64,000 nucleotides of DNA, taken from assembly GCF_009914755.1 (NCBI RefSeq), contig NC_060941.1; one strand, written 5' to 3'. The DNA is from the human T2T-CHM13v2.0 reference genome, Homo sapiens. Below the pieces are notes generated by a model that was not told the DNA's origin, searched no databases, and was given only the letters and a program-made list of their open reading frames with translations. Position numbers and translations under genes: made by a program. Positions 23,401 through 35,500 of this stretch are shown here, in pieces; position 1 is the first letter of the stretch, and every line of letters starts with the position of its first letter.

Positions 23401-26400
23401 CACTCTGTGTCCTTCGTTCGAAACGGGTATATCTTCACATGGCATCTAGACAGAAGCATTCTCAGAAGCTTCTCTGTGATGACTGCATTCAACTCACGGA
23501 GTTGAACACTCCTTTTGAGAGCGCAGTTTTGAAACTCTCTTTCTGTGGCATCTGCAAGGGGACATGTAGACCTCTTTGAAGATTTCGTTGGAAACGGAAT
23601 CATCTTCACATAAAAACTATACAGATGCATTCTCAGGAACTTTTTGGTGATGTTTGTATTCAACTCCCAGAGTTGAACTTTCCTTTGGAAAGAGCAGCTA
23701 TGAAACACTCTTTTTCTAGAATCTGCAAGTGGACGTTTGGAGGGCTTTGTGGTTTGTGGTGGAAAAGGAAATATCTTCACCTAAATACTAGATAGAAGCA
23801 TTCTCAGAAACTGCTTTGTGATGATTGCATTCACCTCACAGAGTTGAACATTCCTATTGATAGAGCAGTTTGGAAACACTCTTGTTGTGGAATGTGCAAG
23901 TGGAGATTTGGAGCGCTTTGAGGCCTATGGTAGTAAAGGGAATAGCTTCATAGAAAAACTAGACAGAAGCATTCTCAGAAAATACTTTGTGATGATTGAG
24001 TTTAACTCACAGAGCTGAACATTCCTTTGGATGGAGCAGGTTTGAGACACACTTTTTGTAGAATCTACAAGTGGATATTGGGACCTCTCTGAGGATTTCG
24101 TTGGAAACGCGATAACTGCACCTAACTAAACGGAAGCATTCTCAGAAACTTCTTGGTGATGTTTGCATTCAAATCCCAGAGTTGAACCTTCCTGTGATAG
24201 TTCAGGTTTCAAACACTCTTTTTGTAGGATCTGCAAGTGGATATTTGGACCACTCTGTGGCCTTCGTTCGAAACGGGTACATCTTCACATAAAATCTAGA
24301 CAGAAGCCTTCTCAGAAACTTCTCTGGGATGATTGCATTCAACTCACAGATTTGAACCCTCCTATGGATAGAGCATTGTTGAAACTCTCTTTTTGTGGAA
24401 TCTGCAAGTGGATATGTGGACCTCTCCGAAGATGTCTTTGGAAACGGGAATATCTTCACATAAAAACTAAACAGAAGCATTCTCAGAAACTTCTCTGTGA
24501 TGTTTGTGTTCAACTCCCAGAGTTTCACATTGCTTTTCATAGAGTAGTTCTGAAACATGCTTTTCGTAGTGTCTGCAAGTGGACATTTGGAGCGCTTTCA
24601 GGCCTGTGGTGGAAAACGAATTATGGTCCCATAAAAACTGGAGAGAAGCATTGTCAGAAACTTCTTTGTGATGATTGCATTCAACTCACAGAGATGAAGG
24701 TTCCTTTACAAACAGCAGTTTCCAAACACTCTTTCTGTGGAATCTGCAAGTGGATATTTGGACCTCTTTGAAGATTTCGTTGGAAACGGGAGAATCTTCA
24801 CAGAAAAGCGAAACAGAAGCATTCTCAGAAACTTCTTTGTGATGCTTGCATTCAACTCACAGAGTTGAACTTTCCTTTCGAGAGAGAAGCTTTGAAACAC
24901 TCTTTTTCCAGAATCTGCAAGTGGACATTTGGAGGGCTTTGAGGCCTGTGGTGGAAAAGGAATTAACTTCCCGTAAAAGCTAGATAGAAGCATTCTCAGA
25001 AACTACTTTGTGACGATTGCATTCAAGTCACAGAGTTGAACATTCCCTTTGACAGAGCAGTTTGGAAACTCTCTTTGTGTAGAATCTGCAAGTGGAGATA
25101 TGGACCGCTTTGAGGCCTATGGTAGTAAAGGAAATAGCTTCATATAAAAGCTAGACAGTAGCATTCACAGAAAACTCTTGGTGACGACTGAGTTTAACTC
25201 ACAGAGCTGAACATTCCTTTGGATGGAGCAGTTTCGAAACAAACTATTTGTAGAATGTGCAAGTGGATATTTGGGCCTCTCTGAGGATTTCGTTGGAAAC
25301 GGGATAAACCGCACAGAACTAAACAGAAGCATTCTCAGAACTTTCTTCGTGATGTTTGCATTCAACTCACAGTGTTGAACCTTTCTTTGATAGTTCAGGT
25401 TTGAAACGGTCTTTCTGTAGAAACTGCAAGTAGATATTTGGACCTCTCTGAGGATTTCGTTGGAAACGGGATAAACCGCACAGAACTAAAACAGAAGCAT
25501 TCTCAGAACCCTCTTCGTGATGTTTGCATTCAACTCACAGTGCTGAACCTTTCTTTGATAGTTCAGCTTTGAAACACTCTTCTTGTAGAAACTGCAAGTG
25601 GATATTTGGTCCTCTCTGAGGATTTCGTTGGAAACGGGATAAACCGCACAGAACTAAACAGAAGCATTCTCAGAACCTTCTTCGTGATGTCTGCATTCAA
25701 CTCACAGTGTGGAACCTTTCTTTGATAGTTCAGGTTTGAAACACTCTTTTTGTAGAAACTGCAAGGGGATAATTGCACTTCTTTGAGGCCTACCGTAGTA
25801 AAGGAAATAACTTCCTATAGAAAGAAGACAGAAGCTTTCTCAGAAAATCCTTTGGGATGATTGAGTGGAACTCACAGAGCTGAACATTCCTTGCGATGTA
25901 GCAGTTTAGAAACACACTTTCTGCAGAATCTGCAAGTGCATATTTGGACCTCTCCGAGGAACTCATTGAAAACGGGATAATTTCAGCTGACTAAACAGAA
26001 GCAGTCTCAGAATCTTCTTTGTGATGTTTGCATTCAAATCCCAGAGTTGAACTTTCCTTTCAAAGTTCACGTTTGAAACACTCTTTTTGCAGGATCTACA
26101 AGTGGATATTTGGACCACTCTGTGTCCTTCGTTCGAAACGGGTATATCTTCACATGGCATCTAGACAGAAGCATTCTCAGAAGCTTCTCTGTGATGACTG
26201 CATTCAACTCACGGAGTTGAACACTCCTTTTGAGAGCGCAGTTTTGAAACTCTCTTTCTGTGGCATCTGCAAGGGGACATGTAGACCTCTTTGAAGATTT
26301 CGTTGGAAACGGAATCATCTTCACATAAAAACTATACAGATGCATTCTCAGGAACTTTTTGGTGATGTTTGTATTCAACTCCCAGAGTTGAACTTTCCTT

Positions 26401-29400
26401 TGGAAAGAGCAGCTATGAAACACTCTTTTTCTAGAATCTGCAAGTGGACGTTTGGAGGGCTTTGTGGTTTGTGGTGGAAAAGGAAATATCTTCACCTAAA
26501 TACTAGATAGAAGCATTCTCAGAAACTGCTTTGTGATGATTGCATTCACCTCACAGAGTTGAACATTCCTATTGATAGAGCAGTTTGGAAACACTCTTGT
26601 TGTGGAATGTGCAAGTGGAGATTTGGAGCGCTTTGAGGCCTATGGTAGTAAAGGGAATAGCTTCATAGAAAAACTAGACAGAAGCATTCTCAGAAAATAC
26701 TTTGTGATGATTGAGTTTAACTCACAGAGCTGAACATTCCTTTGGATGGAGCAGGTTTGAGACACACTTTTTGTAGAATCTACAAGTGGATATTTGGACC
26801 TCTCTGAGGATTTCGTTGGAAACGCGATAACTGCACCTAACTAAACGGAAGCATTCTCAGAAACTTCTTGGTGATGTTTGCATTCAAATCCCAGAGTTGA
26901 ACCTTCCTGTGATAGTTCAGGTTTGAAACACTCTTTTTGTAGGATCTGCAAGTGGATATTTGGACCACTCTGTGGCCTTCGTTCGAAACGGGTACATCTT
27001 CACATAAAATCTAGACAGAAGCCTTCTCAGAAACTTCTCTGGGATGATTGCATTCAACTCACAGATTTGAACCCTCCTATGGATAGAGCATTGTTGAAAC
27101 TCTCTTTTTGTGGAATCTGCAAGTGGATATGTGGACCTCTCCGAAGATGTCTTTGGAAACGGGAATATCTTCACATAAAAACTAAACAGAAGCATTCTCA
27201 GAAACTTCTCTGTGATGTTTGTGTTCAACTCCCAGAGTTTCACATTGCTTTTCATAGAGTAGTTCTGAAACATGCTTTTCGTAGTGTCTGCAAGTGGACA
27301 TTTGGAGCGCTTTCAGGCCTGTGGTGGAAAACGAATTATGGTCCCATAAAAACTGGAGAGAAGCATTGTCAGAAACTTCTTTGTGATGATTGCATTCAAC
27401 TCACAGAGATGAAGGTTCCTTTACAAACAGCAGTTTCCAAACACTCTTTCTGTGGAATCTGCAAGTGGATATTTGGACCTCTTTGAAGATTTCGTTGGAA
27501 ACGGGAGAATCTTCACAGAAAAGCGAAACAGAAGCATTCTCAGAAACTTCTTTGTGATGCTTGCATTCAACTCACAGAGTTGAACTTTCCTTTCGAGAGA
27601 GAAGCTTTGAAACACTCTTTTTCCAGAATCTGCAAGTGGACATTTGGAGGGCTTTGAGGCCTGTGGTGGAAAAGGAATTAACTTCCCGTAAAAGCTAGAT
27701 AGAAGCATTCTCAGAAACTACTTTGTGATGATTGCATTCAAGTCACAGAGTTGAACATTCCCTTTGACAGAGCAGTTTGGAAACTCTCTTTGTGTAGAAT
27801 CTGCAAGTGGAGATATGGACCGCTTTGAGGCCTATGGTAGTAAAGGAAATAGCTTCATATAAAAGCTAGACAGTAGCATTCACAGAAAACTCTTGGTGAC
27901 GACTGAGTTTAACTCACAGAGCTGAACATTCCTTTGGATGGAGCAGTTTCGAAACACACTATTTGTAGAATGTGCAAGTGGATATTTGGGCCTCTCTGAG
28001 GATTTCGTTGGAAACGGGATAAACCGCACAGAACTAAACAGAAGCATTCTCAGAACCTTCTTCGTGATGTTTGCATTCAACTCACAGTGTTGAACCTTTC
28101 TTTGATAGTTCAGGTTTGAAACGGTCTTTCTGTAGAAACTGCAAGTAGATATTTGGACCTCTCTGAGGATTTCGTTGGAAACGGGATAAACCGCACAGAA
28201 CTAAAACAGAAGCATTCTCAGAACCCTCTTCGTGATGTTTGCATTCAACTCACAGTGCTGAACCTTTCTTTGATAGTTCAGCTTTGAAACACTCTTCTTG
28301 TAGAAACTGCAAGTGGATATTTGGTCCTCTCTGAGGATTTCGTTGGAAACGGGATAAACCGCACAGAACTAAACAGAAGCATTCTCAGAACCTTCTTCGT
28401 GATGTCTGCATTCAACTCACAGTGTGGAACCTTTCTTTGATAGTTCAGGTTTGAAACACTCTTTTTGTAGAAACTGCAAGGGGATAATTGCACTTCTTTG
28501 AGGCCTACCGTAGTAAAGGAAATAACTTCCTATAGAAAGAAGACAGAAGCTTTCTCAGAAAATCCTTTGGGATGATTGAGTGGAACTCAAAGAGCTGAAC
28601 ATTCCTTGCGATGTAGCAGTTTAGAAACACACTTTCTGCAGAATCTGCAAGTGCATATTTGGACCTCTCCGAGGAATTCGTTGGAAACGGGATAATTTCA
28701 GCTGACTAAACAGAAGCAGTCTCAGAATCTTCTTTGTGATGTTTGCATTCAAATCCCAGAGTTGAACTTTCCTTTCAAAGTTCACGTTTGAAGCACTCTT
28801 TTTGCAGGATCTACAAGTGGATATTTGGACCACTCTGTGTCCTTCGTTCGAAACGGGTATATCTTCACATGACATCTAGACAGAAGCATTCTCAGAAGCT
28901 TCTCTGTGATGACTGCATTCAACTCACGGAGTTGAACACTCCTTTTGAGAGCGCAGTTTTGAAACTCTCTTTCTGTGGCATCTGCAAGGGGACATGTAGA
29001 CCTCTTTGAAGATTTCGTTGGAAACGGAATCATCTTCACATAAAAACTATACAGATGCATTCTCAGGAACTTTTTGGTGATGTTTGTATTCAACTCCCAG
29101 AGTTGAACTTTCCTTTGGAAAGAGCAGCTATGAAACACTCTTTTTCTAGAATCTGCAAGTGGACGTTTGGAGGGCTTTGTGGTTTGTGGTGGAAAAGGAA
29201 ATATCTTCACCTAAATACTAGATAGAAGCATTCTCAGAAACTGCTTTGTGATGATTGCATTCACCTCACAGAGTTGAACATTCCTATTGATAGAGCAGTT
29301 TGGAAACACTCTTGTTGTGGAATGTGCAAGTGGAGATTTGGAGCGCTTTGAGGCCTATGGTAGTAAAGGGAATAGCTTCATAGAAAAACTAGACAGAAGC

Positions 29401-29865
29401 ATTCTCAGAAAATACTTTGTGATGATTGAGTTTAACTCACAGAGCTGAACATTCCTTTGGATGGAGCAGGTTTGAGACACACTTTTTGTAGAATCTACAA
29501 GTGGATATTTGGACCTCTCTGAGGATTTCGTTGGAAACGCGATAACTGCACCTAACTAAACGGAAGCATTCTCAGAAACTTCTTGGTGATGTTTGCATTC
29601 AAATCCCAGAGTTGAACCTTCCTGTGATAGTTCAGGTTTGAAACACTCTTTTTGTAGGATCTGCAAGTGGATATTTGGACCACTCTGTGGCCTTCGTTCG
29701 AAACGGGTACATCTTCACATAAAATCTAGACAGAAGCCTTCTCAGAAACTTCTCTGTGATGATTGCATTCAACTCACAGATTTGAACCCTCCTATGGATA
29801 GAGCATTGTTGAAACTCTCTTTTTGTGGAATCTGCAAGTGGATATGTGGACCTCTCCGAAGATGT

Positions 29866-32579
29866 CTTTGGAAACGGGAATATCTTCACATAAAACTAAA
29901 CAGAAGCATTCTCAGAAACTTCTCTGTGATGTTTGTGTTCAACTCCCAGAGTTTCACATTGCTTTTCATAGAGTAGTTCTGAAACATGCTTTTCGTAGTG
30001 TCTGCAAGTGGACATTTGGAGCGCTTTCAGGCCTGTGGTGGAAAACGAATTATGGTCCCATAAAAACTGGAGAGAAGCATTGTCAGAAACTTCTTTGTGA
30101 TGATTGCATTCAACTCACAGAGATGAAGGTTCCTTTACAAACAGCAGTTTCCAAACACTCTTTCTGTGGAATCTGCAAGTGGATATTTGGACCTCTTTGA
30201 AGATTTCGTTGGAAACGGGAGAATCTTCACAGAAAAGCTAAACAGAAGCATTCTCAGAAACTTCTTTGTGATGCTTGCATTCAACTCACAGAGTTGAACT
30301 TTCCTTTCGAGAGAGAAGCTTTGAAACACTCTTTTTCCAGAATCTGCAAGTGGACATTTGGAGGGCTTTGAGGCCTGTGGTGGAAAAGGAATTAACTTCC
30401 CGTAAAAGCTAGATAGAAGCATTCTCAGAAACTACTTTGTGATGATTGCATTCAAGTCACAGAGTTGAACATTCCCTTTGACAGAGCAGTTTGGAAACTC
30501 TCTTTGTGTAGAATCTGCAAGTGGAGATATGGACCGCTTTGAGGCCTATGGTAGTAAAGGAAATAGCTTCATATAAAAGCTAGACAGTAGCATTCACAGA
30601 AAACTCTTGGTGACGACTGAGTTTAACTCACAGAGCTGAACATTCCTTTGGATGGAGCAGTTTCGAAACACACTATTTGTAGAATGTGCAAGTGGATATT
30701 TGGGCCTCTCTGAGGATTTCGTTGGAAACGGGATAAACCGCACAGAACTAAACAGAAGCATTCTCAGAACCTTCTTCGTGATGTTTGCATTCAACTCACA
30801 GTGTTGAACCTTTCTTTGATAGTTCAGGTTTGAAACGGTCTTTCTGTAGAAACTGCAAGTAGATATTTGGACCTCTCTGAGGATTTCGTTGGAAACGGGA
30901 TAAACCGCACAGAACTAAAACAGAAGCATTCTCAGAACCCTCTTCGTGATGTTTGCATTCAACTCACAGTGCTGAACCTTTCTTTGATAGTTCAGCTTTG
31001 AAACACTCTTCTTGTAGAAACTGCAAGTGGATATTTGGTCCTCTCTGAGGATTTCGTTGGAAACGGGATAAACCGCACAGAACTAAACAGAAGCATTCTC
31101 AGAACCTTCTTCGTGATGTCTGCATTCAACTCACAGTGTGGAACCTTTCTTTGATAGTTCAGGTTTGAAACACTCTTTTTGTAGAAACTGCAAGGGGATA
31201 ATTGCACTTCTTTGAGGCCTACCGTAGTAAAGGAAATAACTTCCTATAGAAAGAAGACAGAAGCTTTCTCAGAAAATCCTTTGGGATGATTGAGTGGAAC
31301 TCACAGAGCTGAACATTCCTTGCGATGTAGCAGTTTAGAAACACACTTTCTGCAGAATCTGCAAGTGCATATTTGGACCTCTCTGAGGAATTCGTTGGAA
31401 ACGGGATAATTTCAGCTGACTAAACAGAAGCAGTCTCAGAATCTTCTTTGTGATGTTTGCATTCAAATCCCAGAGTTGAACTTTCCTTTCAAAGTTCACG
31501 TTTGAAACACTCTTTTTGCAGGATCTACAAGTGGATATTTGGACCACTCTGTGTCCTTCGTTCGAAACGGGTATATCTTCACATGACATCTAGACAGAAG
31601 CATTCTCAGAAGCTTCTCTGTGATGACTGCATTCAACTCACGGAGTTGAACACTCCTTTTGAGAGCGCAGTTTTGAAACTCTCTTTCTGTGGCATCTGCA
31701 AGGGGACATGTAGACCTCTTTGAAGATTTCGTTGGAAACGGAATCATCTTCACATAAAAACTATACAGATGCATTCTCAGGAACTTTTTGGTGATGTTTG
31801 TATTCAACTCCCAGAGTTGAACTTTCCTTTGGAAAGAGCAGCTATGAAACACTCTTTTTCTAGAATCTGCAAGTGGACGTTTGGAGGGCTTTGTGGTTTG
31901 TGGTGGAAAAGGAAATATCTTCACCTAAATACTAGATAGAAGCATTCTCAGAAACTGCTTTGTGATGATTGCATTCACCTCACAGAGTTGAACATTCCTA
32001 TTGATAGAGCAGTTTGGAAACACTCTTGTTGTGGAATGTGCAAGTGGAGATTTGGAGCGCTTTGAGGCCTATGGTAGTAAAGGGAATAGCTTCATAGAAA
32101 AACTAGACAGAAGCATTCTCAGAAAATACTTTGTGATGATTGAGTTTAACTCACAGAGCTGAACATTCCTTTGGATGGAGCAGGTTTGAGACACACTTTT
32201 TGTAGAATCTACAAGTGGATATTTGGACCTCTCTGAGGATTTCGTTGGAAACGCGATAACTGCACCTAACTAAACGGAAGCATTCTCAGAAACTTCTTGG
32301 TGATGTTTGCATTCAAATCCCAGAGTTGAACCTTCCTGTGATAGTTCAGGTTTGAAACACTCTTTTTGTAGGATCTGCAAGTGGATATTTGGACCACTCT
32401 GTGGCCTTCGTTCGAAACGGGTACATCTTCACATAAAATCTAGACAGAAGCCTTCTCAGAAACTTCTCTGGGATGATTGCATTCAACTCACAGATTTGAA
32501 CCCTCCTATGGATAGAGCATTGTTGAAACTCTCTTTTTGTGGAATCTGCAAGTGGATATGTGGACCTCTCCAAAGATGT
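29866..32579 (+). repeat. HOR copy U12 with a 1-bp deletion (2714 bp)
   Basis: CACATAAAACTAAA at 29887-29900 versus CACATAAAAACTAAA elsewhere. The ORF track shifts by -1 and the 202-aa ORF is split here. Confidence 0.9.
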
Positions 32580-35500
32580 CTTTGGAAACGGGAATATCTT
32601 CACATAAAAACTAAACAGAAGCATTCTCAGAAACTTCTCCGTGATGTTTGTGTTCAACTCCCAGAGTTTCACATTGCTTTTCATAGAGTAGTTCTGAAAC
32701 ATGCTTTTCGTAGTGTCTGCAAGTGGACATTTGGAGCGCTTTCAGGCCTGTGGTGGAAAACGAATTATGGTCCCATAAAAACTGGAGAGAAGCATTGTCA
32801 GAAACTTCTTTGTGATGATTGCATTCAACTCACAGAGATGAAGGTTCCTTTACAAACAGCAGTTTCCAAACACTCTTTCTGTGGAATCTGCAAGTGGATA
32901 TTTGGACCTCTTTGAAGATTTCGTTGGAAACGGGAGAATCTTCACAGAAAAGCTAAACAGAAGCATTCTCAGAAACTTCTTTGTGATGCTTGCATTCAAC
33001 TCACAGAGTTGAACTTTCCTTTCGAGAGAGAAGCTTTGAAACACTCTTTTTCCAGAATCTGCAAGTGGACATTTGGAGGGCTTTGAGGCCTGTGGTGGAA
33101 AAGGAATTAACTTCCCGTAAAAGCTAGATAGAAGCATTCTCAGAAACTACTTTGTGATGATTGCATTCAAGTCACAGAGTTGAACATTCCCTTTGACAGA
33201 GCAGTTTGGAAACTCTCTTTGTGTAGAATCTGCAAGTGGAGATATGGACCGCTTTGAGGCCTATGGTAGTAAAGGAAATAGCTTCATATAAAAGCTAGAC
33301 AGTAGCATTCACAGAAAACTCTTGGTGACGACTGAGTTTAACTCACAGAGCTGAACATTCCTTTGGATGGAGCAGTTTCGAAACACACTATTTGTAGAAT
33401 GTGCAAGTGGATATTTGGGCCTCTCTGAGGATTTCGTTGGAAACGGGATAAACCGCACAGAACTAAACAGAAGCATTCTCAGAACCTTCTTCGTGATGTT
33501 TGCATTCAACTCACAGTGTTGAACCTTTCTTTGATAGTTCAGGTTTGAAACGGTCTTTCAGTAGAAACTGCAAGTAGATATTTGGACCTCTCTGAGGATT
33601 TCGTTGGAAACGGGATAAACCGCACAGAACTAAAACAGAAGCATTCTCAGAACCCTCTTCGTGATGTTTGCATTCAACTCACAGTGCTGAACCTTTCTTT
33701 GATAGTTCAGCTTTGAAACACTCTTCTTGTAGAAACTGCAAGTGGATATTTGGTCCTCTCTGAGGATTTCGTTGGAAATGGGATAAACCGCACAGAACTA
33801 AACAGAAGCATTCTCAGAACCTTCTTCGTGATGTCTGCATTCAACTCACAGTGTGGAACCTTTCTTTGATAGTTCAGGTTTGAAACACTCTTTTTGTAGA
33901 AACTGCAAGGGGATAATTGCACTTCTTTGAGGCCTACCGTAGTAAAGGAAATAACTTCCTATAGAAAGAAGACAGAAGCTTTCTCAGAAAATTCTTTGGG
34001 ATGATTGAGTGGAACTCACAGAGCTGAACATTCCTTGCAATGTAGCAGTTTAGAAACACACTTTCTGCAGAATCTGCAAGTGCATATTTGGACCTCTCCG
34101 AGGAATTCGTTGGAAACGGGATAATTTCAGCTGACTAAACAGAAGCAGTCTCAGAATCTTCTTTGTGATGTTTGCATTCAAATCCCAGAGTTGAACTTTC
34201 CTTTCAAAGTTCACGTTTGAAACACTCTTTTTGCAGGATCTACAAGTGGATATTTGGACCACTCTGTGTCCTTCGTTCGAAACGGGTATATCTTCACATG
34301 GCATCTAGACAGAAGCATTCTCAGAAGCTTCTCTGTGATGACTGCATTCAACTCACGGAGTTGAACACTCCTTTTGAGAGCGCAGTTTTGAAACTCTCTT
34401 TCTGTGGCATCTGCAAGGGGACATGTAGACCTCTTTGAAGATTTCGTTGGAAACGGAATCATCTTCACATAAAAACTATACAGATGCATTCTCAGGAACT
34501 TTTTGGTGATGTTTGTATTCAACTCCCAGAGTTGAACTTTCCTTTGGAAAGAGCAGCTATGAAACACTCTTTTTCTAGAATCTGCAAGTGGACGTTTGGA
34601 GGGCTTTGTGGTTTGTGGTGGAAAAGGAAATATCTTCACCTAAATACTAGATAGAAGCATTCTCAGAAACTGCTTTGTGATGATTGCATTCACCTCACAG
34701 AGTTGAACATTCCTATTGATAGAGCAGTTTGGAAACACTCTTGTTGTGGAATGTGCAAGTGGAGATTTGGAGCGCTTTGAGGCCTATGGTAGTAAAGGGA
34801 ATAGCTTCATAGAAAAACTAGACAGAAGCATTCTCAGAAAATACTTTGTGATGATTGAGTTTAACTCACAGAGCTGAACATTCCTTTGGATGGAGCAGGT
34901 TTGAGACACACTTTTTGTAGAATCTACAAGTGGATATTTGGACCTCTCTGAGGATTTCGTTGGAAACGCGATAACTGCACCTAACTAAACGGAAGCATTC
35001 TCAGAAACTTCTTGGTGATGTTTGCATTCAAATCCCAGAGTTGAACCTTCCTGTGATAGTTCAGGTTTGAAACACTCTTTTTGTAGGATCTGCAAGTGGA
35101 TATTTGGACCACTCTGTGGCCTTCGTTCGAAACGGGTACATCTTCACATAAAATCTAGACAGAAGCCTTCTCAGAAACTTCTCTGTGATGATTGCATTCA
35201 ACTCACAGATTTGAACCCTCCTATGGATAGAGCATTGTTGAAACTCTCTTTTTGTGGAATCTGCAAGTGGATATGTGGACCTCTCCGAAGATGTCTTTGG
35301 AAACGGGAATATCTTCACATAAAAACTAAACAGAAGCATTCTCAGAAACTTCTCTGTGATGTTTGTGTTCAACTCCCAGAGTTTCACATTGCTTTTCATA
35401 GAGTAGTTCTGAAACATGCTTTTCGTAGTGTCTGCAAGTGGACATTTGGAGCGCTTTCAGGCCTGTGGTGGAAAACGAATTATGGTCCCATAAAAACTGG

